64,000 nt of DNA from positions 682,001 through 746,000 of the forward strand of contig AP026167.1 in NCBI GenBank assembly GCA_030295235.1, written 5' to 3'. Below the pieces are notes generated by a model, which worked only from the letters and a program-made list of their open reading frames with translations, ran no database searches and was not told the origin of the DNA. A program made the position numbers and the translations under genes. Source of the stretch: Fistulifera solaris (taxonomy: Eukaryota). Shown here one piece after another: positions 10,682-22,562 of the stretch (its first letter is position 1; each line of letters starts with the position of its first letter).

Positions 10682-13600
10682 CTATTCAAAGTCAAGGGGA
10701 GAGCGCTTATGACGTGTCGCGGTCTGCTTTTTCGCCTTTGGCATTGAAAGTTGCATCCTCAACGGTTTTCTTCCTTCCTTCTCGAGCTCCTCCAAAACAC
10801 ACGATTCTTTCAACTTCGACTCTTTCTCGTCGGTATCCTGGGAATCTTTTATTTGATCATCCGCAGCAGGTGGCACCTTTGTTGTGGCTACTTTGGCCAC
10901 CCAATCCAATGCTTGCTCACGTTGAGCCATTCTTGCAAAGACACTTCCACCAACTCTTCTCATCGTCGCTCTCATGTTTGTAAGTTCCTGAACTTGCTTT
11001 TCATAAATCGATTTTTGAAGCTTGATAACTTCGAAATAAGACTCCTCGTGCTGTCCATTCTCGTCCTCGTCGAAGTAAGGCATTTCGAAGTCCGTAGCTT
11101 CCCGGCGCTGTGTTGTCTTGCGGACGAGCCGGATTTTGGGGTCTTTATCAATTACTGGGGCCTGAGTGCTTCCTTCTTCTCGTTCCTTTTTCCAGCCAGC
11201 TCGAATCTTTTCTTCTTCTGCTCTCTCCGCGGCAGCAATCTCTCGCTCTGCATTTGAATGATCTATACGTTCTCGTTCTAGTCTATCGCTGACACTCAAC
11301 ATCATTTTATTTATTGCCATCTCCAGCTTCCTCGACATGAACACCGCTGATTCATATGCCCTTCCCGAGTCCGTGTCCGTACCCTTCCACCGAGAATTGT
11401 ATCTCAAAGCATTCGAAAAGATCAACCGCAAGTCCGCAATTACATCGCTGAATTTTGTGTAATGTCGTTTCTTAAGGTTACGATTGACAGCATCCCAGTC
11501 CATTGGTTTTGCAATGAAGGCTTTGTAATCTGGGGGATAAAACGTTTTGATGAAGTAACCCATTTGCTTTACATCGGACTGGTGACGGAGTGCTTTCAAC
11601 AATTTCTCACATTCCGCTTCTTGCCAGGTATAACGATCTCCTTCCAAACTTCGTTCGATGGGCTCTTTCATCAACAACTCTTCCATTTCTTGGCGAGCTT
11701 TTTTCCTGTTACCTTCGGTCAATTTCCAGCTGAAAGGTGGGAGACTATCAGCTGTCGGTTCGTCCACTAGTTCAGAGTTAGCGTCGACGTATTTTTGCAG
11801 CAGTTCTAACGACATCCAACGTGAATATCGCAGTAAGTGAACCGATGCATCATAATATGCACAAGACAGTGGGTCGCCTATGTCACGGCCATCTTTGTTG
11901 AATCGGATAGCATTTGAAAAACTAAAGCAACATCTTGAAGAAAGTCTTCTGGGGTGGCATACTTGTTGCCTGCCAGAAGCGTGCATTCTACCGTTGTCAA
12001 ATCCATTGGTTTGCGGATTTTCGTAGAGTAGCTTTCGCGCAGATCCGGGAAGAGAATTGGAACGGGGACATGGAAGATGAACTTTGGACGCGAAGCTGAG
12101 ATCCAGGGATGTTTCATTAATTCTTTTATGTATCGGGCACAGTCGCCTTCCCACGATTGTAAGCTGTTGAGCGACCGCCGTAGTGGGAATGCTTCTTTCA
12201 CCCTTGCAATAGCAATGTGCAAAGGCACGGGTTGATTTGGTTTTGTCGGGACAGCACTCGCCGAGCCCGCTTTTCTTTGGGGTAGTCCTGGAAGAGTTTT
12301 CGGAGATTTGCTCCTAACAACTTCTTGCGCAGTTGCAGCACCCGGTGCTGCAGAAATAGATATTCGCGGTGCCGTTTTACCTTTAGAAGCGCCAGCACTG
12401 CTCATCTTTATGTTTCGAGAGACTATATCTACCTTTTCGGAAGCTGCATTCAAAGTAGTAGGAGCAGGAGCTGCATTATAAGAAGGGTCTTCGAACGCTC
12501 GGACTTTGGAATAAAAAAGAGCGCGATACTTTTTAGGCCAAACTTTGCCATAGCAACCAAATGGTCACCAGCTCGTTGTGAATTATAGATCTCGCAGTTC
12601 CTAAACATCAGATTGACATCATAATCGAAATCCTCTAGTGTTTCGTAGACATCAGCGTTTGCTTTCTTTTCAATGGATTGCAAGTCTATGGGTTCCTCGA
12701 CAAAGTTCAAATAGTCAGGGAACACGGTTATTGAAACAGGCTTCTCAAAAGGACCCATCGCTGCTTCGGTGATCTTGGTTGCTTTATCAGTATAGTTGAT
12801 TGATCGTAGTTCTTGTAAAACGTCGATAAAAAGCGATGAAGGCGGCTTCGGTGTAGAAACGGGCATTGCTTCAAGCTGACGATCGTTGGTGCCCTTGGTC
12901 GACTTAGCGTAACGAGCGAGCTGATCCAGCTGGCGTGTCAAGCATTCATTGAGACGATTGGCTTGCTCGACAAAATGCGGCCATCCTCGCGATCGCTGTA
13001 GTACTTGTTACAGTTCGTAATCACTAGACGACAATCGGTAGCAAATTCTTCCACACTCTGGTAGCGCGCCTCAATCAAATTGGCAGTTATAGTTCCAAAG
13101 TCCATCGGCTTCCCAACCTTCTCCAAATAATCCGGCGGAAAGTTTCCACCGCAATAGTGCGACACGGGGTGTAAGAAGTACAAAACGGTCGGTTGTCCAT
13201 CGGTTGGGTTGGTCAAGTTGTACAAAGTATCCAGGATTTCAACGCACAATTTCCAGCAGAAGATCACGGGCGGATAAGCTCCTTCCGATGGCAGCCCTAA
13301 GAACAGCTTGAGCAGATACTCCACGCTTTCAAAGACCTCACAAGCGACAGGCCTCAAACTGTCTCTTATCGATGTGTTGAATATCAAGCAGTTGGCGAAT
13401 ATTCGTCGAAGATCCAAAACAAAGTCGGCTACCTTGGTATGCCTGCCATTCTCCAGTCGATTCTGTAAGGTTGTCAAGTCCATGGGATTTTTGATCTTGC
13501 TTTTGTAATCCGGCAAGATATTTCGATCCTGAACAGGCTGCAGGAACCAGTTAATGGTTTTCGTATGTCTCCGCCGCAATCCCAATAATATCTTGGAGCA

Positions 13601-14580
13601 TTGCTTCTTATCTTTTGCTGCGATACCTCCACCTGGGGTCACTTTTTTCGTCTTCTTTTGTTCTTGTCTTTGGGGACGTCCTTCCTAGTCTTTTGCTGTT
13701 GTTGCTGCTCTGCAACGCCTTTTGGAAGTTCTTTCCCTCTTGAATTTCCCGCTTTTGAGCTGACTTTGATTGTTTTTGTATTTGACTTCGAAACGTTGTC
13801 GGACGAGGGAGCTGGATCTGGTAGGGAAGCAGGGGCTGACGCTGGCTTTAAATTGATACGAAGCTTTGGTTGTGCTGTTTTAGCTTTCGCTGGTTCATCA
13901 GGTGGATCAGCTGTACCCGTGATGGATGGACTCGACGCTACTTTGAGTTTCAAAGATATTTTGGCCTTTTTCGCTGGAGGCGGACCCGAACTTGGGGAGA
14001 AAGATTGCTGTTCATCGGGCAGGGCTTCCGACGAAGGGGTCGGACGTTTCACCAACAGATTAATTTTGGGTTTCGACTGGCCACTGTTTTCTGATCTCGG
14101 CTGTTCTAGACTCTTTCTTTCCTTTCCAACAGCCTTTAGCATATCCTTTGCCATTTTGGCGATCCATTTTGTCGGTTTATCGCTGTGATATAGAACTGCA
14201 TTGTCAAACACTTTGTTCAAATCTTGCCAGAAAAACGAGGAGCTGTCATAATGCCCACTTTGTAATCGATTCGACAATGTCTGCAAATCCAACGGCTCTG
14301 GAATCAAATCCAGATATCCCGGAACTTGCGTTAAATCGAACGGCTGTAGGAACAAGTAGTTCTTTCCTTTGTATTTTTCCGACTGTAGATTGCGGAGCAC
14401 TCTCTCGGCAACCTCTCGCTCATTTCCACTCCACATAGTCCGGCGTCGTCCTCCCGCGTATATAGTCAGTCGACCGCTGTTTGTTGTCTTTGTTATGCGA
14501 AGCTCAAGTAATATTGCACCGTATAAATTACTATCCACTTCGAATGCATCGCCTGCAGCGACCGCGTTGACAGTTGACAT
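10682..14580 (-). CDS. Large multi-bromodomain protein (six bromodomains), split into 5 ORFs by apparent frameshifts at ~13655, ~12970, ~12520 and ~11920
   Basis: Six ZA-loop/N-anchor motif pairs: EPLDL..NAVLYH, NPMDL..NCLIFN, KPMDF..NCNKYY, EPIDL..NCEIYN, KPMDL..NAIRFN, KPMDW..NALRYN. The ORFs abut or overlap at A/T runs. Start may be 14436. Confidence 0.85.
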
Positions 14581-14939
14581 GCGATGAACTAATGAACGCG
14601 GTGCAGCACTTGCACTGTCTCTCTATGTGTCAGATTTTCATGACTCACCTCTCTAGATTTCAGTCCCGAAAATTTCCAATTCATCTATGAATGAATAATT
14701 CTGCCATAGATTCTACTCACTAATGATTTTCAACTTTGAATTGAAGTAAATCCTAATCCTAAACTAACACTCATTACGACTAAAATTCCCGATCGAACTC
14801 TACGCAAAGTCGGTCATCTTGATGATATCCCCAATAGTGAACGAATAAGACGAGAAAAAACACAAGACCCTTTCCATTACAAGTACCGGTACAAATTTTA
14901 CAACGTATAATGATCAAATAATCCTACAAAACGATTTGA

Positions 14940-15098
14940 ATGAGTTTGAAAGACGATGCCTCATGGGAGTAACACGTGAGCCTTTCCAGAGCGAAACGCT
15001 TCCCATTGAACTTCGACCATGGCTTTACCTCTCCGATGCGTTCACAATCTTGAAAGTCAAAAGTGTTCACGAACGAGGATTGACCTGGGTATCCGACA
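14940..15098 (+). pseudogene. Possible truncated fragment resembling the N-terminus of a dual-specificity phosphatase
   Basis: LPIELRPWLYLSDAF...ERGLTWV resembles the DSP P..I.P.LYL....GITHV motif. Similarity stops at a GGTACC tract and no CX5R motif is present. Confidence 0.35.
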
Positions 15099-15631
15099 TC
15101 CCGGTACCGGTACCGGTATCTTGGTATTTGCCAAGTGGACTGTGGATAAAAATGCACATCAAACTAGAAACCAGAAAGAATTTTGAGAACAACCAGTCTA
15201 TTATTCTTATACTTTTTGTAAAAAAATAGGACCCAGTCGCGAATCTTAGCCCAGGCGATAACAACCTGCGGTGCCTGCGGACCGTGGTTCGTTTTGTCCC
15301 GGATTCTCGATGCGACAAGGTACTATAGGATCATGATGTGCAACTCGTTGTTTTCCCAAAAGGACCGTTGCATAAGATCTGTTTCCACTTGTGTCGCAAT
15401 ACCAAGGAGTCGTCGTATTTCCCTTGTCTAACAACTGCCACTCAACCATAATGATAGCAAGCAAAGATCCCTTTTCTCGTCACTTCGACACGGTGCAAGG
15501 AGTCGACGGACATTGGAAATTACCTTTGTTCGAGATACATCCCATCATGCGAGCTCGCAGCTCTCCACATTTTCGCTTGCGGCACGAAATCCTTTCTTTT
15601 CGTCAGCCCGATGCAGTCAAACGTAGGATCG

Positions 15632-17155
15632 ATGTCAAACAAAAACGCTTCTTTTCGTATGCGTAATCTACGACTTAAAAGTGATCAATCGGATCCGGCA
15701 AGAAAGACAAATAATGAAGAACCACCCGCTATAGCTCCTGGATCGAAGCCTCACTCTGCCATCGCGGTTCAATTGGAAGAGCGACTGAAACGAGTAGTTA
15801 GCGATTTAAACCTGAGTGATCAGCTTTCGGTAATAGGGATTGCTGTCCTTACGGCTCTCATTTTGACGGCTCCTTATGTTATTCGGCAAATGAAGAAATC
15901 GGGCCGCGAAGATTATTCGGTCACATCGGAGGATCCGGTAGATGATTTGACCATGGTTGTGAGACGCGCTTGGGACGAGGAAGACGAGGATGAATCATCC
16001 CGCAAAAGCGCTGTCGAAATCATGCTCAAGGATATTTTGAAATCGCAAGGACTGCAGCAAGCAGCACAGGATTTTCTCATTCGGATTTTAGAGGCTCCCG
16101 AGTTCCAGGCGGCGCTGCAACGTTTGGTAAAAACGCTTTGGGCGGATTTAATATCGGATAAGGAAACTGTGGCACAAGTGATTCGATTGCTGCAAATAGC
16201 CATTCAAGATCCGGCTGTCAAGAAAGCGGCTCAACTTCTTGTGCTTCAACTTGTTCAAGATCAGCAAGTCAAAGAATCGCTCATTGAGCTAATCAAAAGT
16301 TTGGGTGCCGAAAAGGCTGTTCTGGATGCTACTCAGACTCTTTTAACAGAGGCTGCGCATAATGCCTTGAATGATGCTGAAATATTAGATCATTCGATGG
16401 AATTCGCGACGGACGTGGTGGGAGATGATGTCGTCCAGCGAACGGCCGGCGAGGCACTGCGCAAATCAGTGGGACACGCGTTTAGACCTGCATCCACGGT
16501 TCTGTTGACAGCGGCGGGTATCGGTTTGATGGTCTTTGGTGTAGCTACAATTGGCTATGCCAGATCGTCCGACCAAGAAATAGTTCTGTTGGAAACAGCT
16601 GCTAGATCACTTCAAAGCAATGCCTCATATGGGATCATGAGGATCGTCACTTGGCCCTTTCGTGCAGTGCAGGGCATCTGGACCGATGCAGAAATTGTGT
16701 TGTGGAAGCCTTTGTGTTGGCTTCAAGATAGTGCCGCACGAATTTCGGATCAAGCAATGTCGTTGGTTGCAGATTCGTTCGACTACGTGTTGAGTCTACC
16801 AAGTCGAGGAAGTGCAGCGGTGATGCACGCCTTGTCGCAAGCGGGACAGTCCACTGCTGATGGCGTTGTTGCCTTTGTTGATCGATTGGTTCACAAGATC
16901 GGCTCCTTGGCGTGTTCATACAAAAGTGAATTGATAGCAGCCATCACTCAGGTGTTAAGGGCAGCTGTTGATTTCGTATTGGAGTTCGCTCAATCCAATA
17001 GCCAGATCGCGATGGCATCAGCGACCTCTGTTTTCCACAAAGGGAAAACTTCTGTTCATGTTGCTGACAAGGCTATCATCGATTACTACAACAGGTTGCT
17101 CGAACTTTTGGAAACCCTTTTGGAGCAGCTGCGTTCATCCATACGAATTGAGTAG
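15632..17155 (+). CDS. Hypothetical helical membrane protein with two TM segments
   Basis: Long (~507-aa) ORF with hydrophobic segments VIGIAVLTALILTAPYVI and VLLTAAGIGLMVFGVATIG. Family not recognised. Confidence 0.75.
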   Translation: MSNKNASFRMRNLRLKSDQSDPARKTNNEEPPAIAPGSKPHSAIAVQLEERLKRVVSDLNLSDQLSVIGIAVLTALILTAPYVIRQMKKSGREDYSVTSEDPVDDLTMVVRRAWDEEDEDESSRKSAVEIMLKDILKSQGLQQAAQDFLIRILEAPEFQAALQRLVKTLWADLISDKETVAQVIRLLQIAIQDPAVKKAAQLLVLQLVQDQQVKESLIELIKSLGAEKAVLDATQTLLTEAAHNALNDAEILDHSMEFATDVVGDDVVQRTAGEALRKSVGHAFRPASTVLLTAAGIGLMVFGVATIGYARSSDQEIVLLETAARSLQSNASYGIMRIVTWPFRAVQGIWTDAEIVLWKPLCWLQDSAARISDQAMSLVADSFDYVLSLPSRGSAAVMHALSQAGQSTADGVVAFVDRLVHKIGSLACSYKSELIAAITQVLRAAVDFVLEFAQSNSQIAMASATSVFHKGKTSVHVADKAIIDYYNRLLELLETLLEQLRSSIRIE

Positions 17156-17215
17156 ATGTAACACTGATCATTATTTATAATACTACGCAGAATAAAATGT
17201 TTAGGATCCCGGAAA

Positions 17216-19789
17216 CTATTCGTCGCTGGTATCATCCTCAAAATCAGAAGATACATATTTCGCCTGAGTTTTGTCGAACTTCTTTATCTTGGCATTGACG
17301 ATGAAAGTCTGCAAAAGGAAGAAACCAGCGCCAGCCAATCCAAGAGATCGGAACAGACTCTTGCTAGCCAAACCGGCCACGTTTAAGCAAAGCGACGCAA
17401 GCAGCATGTTTTCTACAGCACCCTGTCTCAATCCCATTCGCTCAAGCGATTTTTCGTTTTCAAGCGATCTTACACGAATCTTCAGCGATCCAGTTTCGAT
17501 TGCGCGGACTGTTTCTTCGATGTAAGCGATTTTACGAGGTTGCATGATGGCAGTATTGATGTCGTCCTTGTTCAAACCCGTTGCTTTTTTGGAAAATGGA
17601 GAAATTCTTTTCTGATTCGGATGCATACCCTTTTTCAGCGTCAATGAATTTCTCAATGAATGGCTGGGCGAGCTTGCCCAGATCGAAGTCCGGGTCCAAC
17701 TCTTTGCCGATACCTTCTACGCACACGTAAGCTCTGAATACAAAAGTAAACGTGCTAGGAAAACGGAAGGAGTTGTTCTCTGTAAGTGTCTGGAGGTCAG
17801 TACCCAGAGTCTCTTTGATATTCTTTCCTTTGCTCTTTCCTAATTGAGCGTCCTTGAAGGATCGCATAAAATATCTCGAAAGCTTTTCCACCGCGAGACG
17901 ATCTGCTCCCTTAGACAACACGCCAGCTTGCTCTACCCCGTTGACTAGTTCTTTTGCGTTCCGGGCTAGTTGCAGGTCCGAAATCATCGGCCCGCCAGCA
18001 AACAATGCTTTGCAAAAAGTCTTCAACCCATTGCTGACGTTCGGCTTTAATTCATCCATTTGTCCGAAATCGTAAAAGACAAGGTTTCCTTGTTTGTCGA
18101 CACACAAATTTCCCCCTTTTAAGAAGTATCGAATTGTGAGATTAAACAATAGTAGCCAACTGCAAAGAGAAGAAAACCGAAAAGCTTTACGTACGAGTGG
18201 GGATCGCAATGGAAATAGGACGTTTCTATGACTTGTCTAAGGAACGAATCAGCCACTCTTTTCGCGAGAAGCTTGCGATCTAGTTCGTACTCCTCAATTG
18301 TTTTAATGTCCGTCAGCTTCATTGACTCTACGAACTCCATGACCAAAACCCGGGGTGTAGTGACCTCTCGATACACACGAGGTACTCGTACCCACTCAAT
18401 GTCCGCAAAGTCACGAGCAAAGCGCTCCGCGTTTTTGGCTTCGTTCAGATAGTCAATTTCGCGGTACAGCTGTCGCTCCGATTCGTCGTAAATACTCACC
18501 CAATCGCGGTCTGCACCATCCGACTTGGGGTCAAATTTCTCGAGAAGTACAGCCAGTTTACGAAGATTCTTCAGATCAATATCGAACAATTCTTTTAACC
18601 CAGCGCGCTGCACTTTGATGGCCACTTTGGTCCCTTTGTAAAACGCGGTATGAACCTGACCTAAGCTTGCAGCCTTAAGTGGTTCCGGTGAGAAGTCACG
18701 AAAGATTTCGTCGACTGGCCGCCCAAGTTCTTTCGATACAATCTCCTTCGCTCGTGCTCCACTGAATCCGGGAACCTCATCTGTCAAGGTTTTCAAAACA
18801 TCGGTATACGTTTTCGGAAGAACATCCGTGCGAGTCGAAGCAACTTGTCCCAGCTTGACAAAGGAAGGTCCCAATCTCAGTAAGTTGTCTCGAATAAACT
18901 CGGCTGCTTCTACTTGTGCTTTTGTAATTTCCTCTTCACTCGCTCCCTTCTTTCTCATTTTTCGGGGCTTCAGTACTCGAAACACAGCTTTGAGAGCAAA
19001 CTTCCAGACTTCGGCGTTTCGTTTAATGGAAGAAGAATTGGCGCGTTCTTCCCACCCTCTTTCTAAAAGTTCACCGTCAGTTAGACCACTCAAATCTTCC
19101 TCTTTTTCCCTCTTTAAAGATTTTCCGAACGCAGATCGAACGGCACCCATTACCGAAGAAATTTTCGACTTCCATGTACTACTTGTAATTGATTCAACGG
19201 CCGACATCTCGGCTTCGTCATCTTCCTCTTGTTCATCATCATCGAGAGAGCCACGACTGATCAGTTTCAACGTTTTTCCAATGGTTGCTTTCATGCGTAG
19301 CCGCAAACTCTGCTTGGACTCTTCATCGACACAGAGTTCATCCTTGGCTTCACCCGTAAGAGGATTGATTTCACATTCCTCATCGACCAATTCTTCGGCG
19401 ATTTTCTCCGCCTCTAGTTCTACTTCTTCCAATAATAGTATCTCGGCCACATCCTCGTTTTCTAACACTAGTGCAGCGGTTGCCGTGGCGTTTTCCAACA
19501 AGTCCGATACGGTTTCGTTTATGGGTTCCAGTTCCTTTGCGTCAATACTGACGGCTTCCACGACTGCCTTTGCCGTTTCTTCAATCGATTCGATAACGGC
19601 GGTCTGATTGCTCCCTGGCTCATCTTTCGTAGTCTTCTGTTCCACGATAGCTTCATCGAGGGTCGAAGCCATCAAGGCAAGCGTTGAAGGAAATTGTCCA
19701 TTCTTCGGTTGAAAGGTTCTGGGTACATGATGATGATTCGTAAAGGCAACTGCGGGCACAAACGTGCACAGCAAAACGGAAATCTTCAT
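17216..19789 (-). CDS. Plastid ABC1 kinase (ABC1K7/8-like); intron ~18116-18194, frameshift ~17590
   Basis: Presequence MKISVLLCTFVPAVA-F. Motifs LGPSFVKLGQ, PLKAASLGQVH, VAIKVQR, FHCDPH, GNL, FYDFGQM, FRFPSTFTFVFRA and LKIRVRSLE. Confidence 0.9.
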
Positions 19790-20104
19790 CTTTCTTGTTG
19801 CTTTCAATGACAAATAATGATGAAAACTCTCATGTATGTGCGTCAATGATGGCTTTTTGTTGTCCTCTTTTATGTTGCAGCGCATTTACCAGAGTTTAGC
19901 AACACGTACGCCATTTTCTTTAGTGCTACTACGACCCGTATCACGTTTGCACTCTACAGGTTTAAAGTAGGTTGGAGCACCCTATAATTTTCGGCGACTG
20001 CCTGGGAAATTTTTGTTGCAATGGAAAAATAGACACAACTTCCAAAAGTAAATGTCATCGATTTCTTTCCACATCATGACCGTTTACAGCCGACAATAGA
20101 CAAC

Positions 20105-20136
20105 AATCGAATCGAATCGAATCGAATCGAATCGAA
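20105..20136. repeat. (AATCG)6 microsatellite
   Basis: Six perfect copies just upstream of the 20170 ORF. Confidence 0.95.
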
Positions 20137-20169
20137 AATCTCCCATTGCACTTTCAAGTCGTTATATAG

Positions 20170-21402
20170 ATGGCCAAATCACCACCACCAAGTGCGCGGT
20201 CTTCCGGCTCCGACCCTCCGCCCTCGCAATTGGAGAAAATTCTGAGCATTCTCGAAGGCTGTGAAGAACCAAATATTGCAGCCTCACGAAAATACTTCAT
20301 GAAAGACTTAATGTCATATGTTCCAAGAGCCAGAGATGAACGAATGAAAGCGAACATTACGACGCGACTGGGTCCTTTAATTCGCTGTTACACGGCCCCC
20401 GAACGTGTCCTCTTTGGCAGCCGCGCGTGCTGGTTACGGAGTGCACCCTGCTTGATTTATTCGTTGACTCTGCTCTTTTATGCTCCGAAATATGGATTAT
20501 TGGTCGAATCGACATCATCCGATTTTTGTGACAACTTCTTGGCGGAACATCCCGGAGTACTGGAATTTTGTATCAAGGTTCTCTTTTGGCGGAGTCATGA
20601 TCCGGAAATATTTGTTGAACTGGAAGATTTACGACAACGGAACTTGATTTTCCCGGGCTATGTGTATGAACAAATGCAAGATAGTGCGGTACGGATTATA
20701 GGTAGGTATGTGAATGGCAGTGTGAGACAAGTCGAAGATATGGCGATTACCGATAAATCAGACGAAGATGCCCGAAAGACAATGGAGCAGTATAGTTTAG
20801 AAAGCCAGGAACGTGCCCTGTGGATTGCGAGTCTTCCCGTCACGCGCAATGTGGAAGGTGATATGAGCTTTGCTGCGAATGTACTGGATGTTATGCTTCA
20901 TTGCGTGCAAAATCCCGATTTAGCGCAATGTCTCAAGGGATTGTTCGTCATTACCCAGAGAATAACAGTTGCTGCCGATTCAATAGCACCACTCGGAATA
21001 AATGCAATGACCAAGCTGTGTGAACTCGCGAGCCGTGTGACCGGACAGATATCGGCGAAAACAGCCCTCGACTTGATTCTAGCTGGATTTAAGAACGGTA
21101 TCGACGACGACTTGTTATGTGAGGCAGTGGACGCAAATATTCTAGAAACGCTGTTATCGCTGATAGCAAAATTTACTTCAAACAACAACAATGAGGATCC
21201 TAGGCAACAGAGGCTAGCGAGGAAATGCTTTCAAACAACAGGCAATCTTATTCAAGTGCTCAGTGATGGATCCAAACTGGATAAAACTAGTGCCGCTCTT
21301 CGCGATCATGCCAGGCATGCTCGGAAACTGGCAGATTTGCTGGTCGATAAGGGATGTCAAGAAAGGCAGATTACGATGATTATTCAAATGCTGAAAGAGT
21401 GA
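20170..21402 (+). CDS. Hypothetical helical protein, possibly 3'-truncated by the adjacent duplication
   Basis: 410-aa ORF whose stop lies within 2 bp of the duplicated WDR24 fragment. Confidence 0.7.
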   Translation: MAKSPPPSARSSGSDPPPSQLEKILSILEGCEEPNIAASRKYFMKDLMSYVPRARDERMKANITTRLGPLIRCYTAPERVLFGSRACWLRSAPCLIYSLTLLFYAPKYGLLVESTSSDFCDNFLAEHPGVLEFCIKVLFWRSHDPEIFVELEDLRQRNLIFPGYVYEQMQDSAVRIIGRYVNGSVRQVEDMAITDKSDEDARKTMEQYSLESQERALWIASLPVTRNVEGDMSFAANVLDVMLHCVQNPDLAQCLKGLFVITQRITVAADSIAPLGINAMTKLCELASRVTGQISAKTALDLILAGFKNGIDDDLLCEAVDANILETLLSLIAKFTSNNNNEDPRQQRLARKCFQTTGNLIQVLSDGSKLDKTSAALRDHARHARKLADLLVDKGCQERQITMIIQMLKE

Positions 21403-21403
21403 A

Positions 21404-21780
21404 GACGCGTCGGATGCCAGTCGAGTCGATTGACAGCTCGAGCGTTTTGACTGGGAACAACTTCGGGGGTGCATTGGATCCACCCAAAAATTTATCCGCA
21501 TTCCAAACAGGTATCATTTTGACGACCTTGAGTCCCTTCGGATGTATCTGAACAATATGTATCATGGTATCGTATCTTTGCTCGCTAAAACCGCAAATTG
21601 TTGATCCGGTGACAAGGAAAGAGATGAGTAGGGGATGGGTAATTTGGAAAGAGAATAAACGACGGGGGATTTGATATTGTTTGCTTTGCGGGGTGTCCTT
21701 TTCGATGTCATGATGATGGGAATATCAATAATAAACGGTTGTTTTAATACTTTGCTTGCCTTGTGTATAAATTTGTTGAT
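21404..21780 (-). pseudogene. Inverted, internally deleted and frameshifted copy of the 5' end of the WDR24-like gene
   Basis: Reverse-complement match to ~34830-35091 and ~35351-35453, e.g. HIVQIHPKGLK and VWNADxxLGGSNAP. Confidence 0.9.
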
Positions 21781-22059
21781 TGTTAAAAAATCTAGCTACC
21801 CAACTACCAGGTAGACTATCGAAGCTCTCTATCCTCTATTCTACGAAAATTCGTGACGACGACTCCTCGTCTTTATCGGTACGGAAAATCTGTGCATACG
21901 ATGTGCGTTCCACCAAGAACGGAGAGGAGATACCATGCTTGCTTTATATAGTAGTGTAATGAAAGAATTAATGAATGATTGAATGAATAGCCAAGAGAGC
22001 CAAAAACAAAATACGGAGAAATGCGAGAGGTGCGCGGGGAATTTCTCCATAAGAATGTT

Positions 22060-22342
22060 GAACTGTGTTAATCTGGACCTGCTGTATTTTCACCTTCTCA
22101 GGAAATCTGGGCCAGTGGTATTTAGACTAACTGGTATGGTCCAGAAAATCTGGAACTGTAGTATTTTCAAACCACCAGAAAATCTGGGAGAGTGGTATTT
22201 ACACTGGTCCAGAAAATCTGGACCTGTTGTATTTTCAAACTACCAGAAAATCTGGGAGAGTGGTATTTACACTTCTTCAGAAACTCTGTAGCATTTCTAT
22301 TTTTACGTTTCCAGGAAATCTGGGAGGGTGGTATTTACACAA
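22060..22342 (-). repeat. Array of the ~68-69-bp CCAGATTTTCTGG repeat family, reverse orientation
   Basis: CCAGAAAATCTGG recurs every ~34 bp with two alternating spacer types. Confidence 0.88.
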
Positions 22343-22562
22343 GGTACCGGTACCGTTATCGTACAAGTACGTAGTACCCTGGTAAAATAATAAAGCGGAG
22401 TGCCCACGCGTAGCATCAAACAATAATAATCGTCAGAATCTAATCTTGACATTCGACTGAATTTTCCACTTTTCATTCACATATAATTCATTCATCAAAC
22501 AGAAATGCATACTTACTTATACGTAACTTAAAATTTGTAAACCGCTAACTAAATACCCCATT

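Noticed and set aside
18828..19607. 259-aa Ser-rich plus-strand ORF (similarly 29039-29638 and 13601-14188)
   Set aside because: Antisense to Glu/Lys-rich coding regions of real genes.
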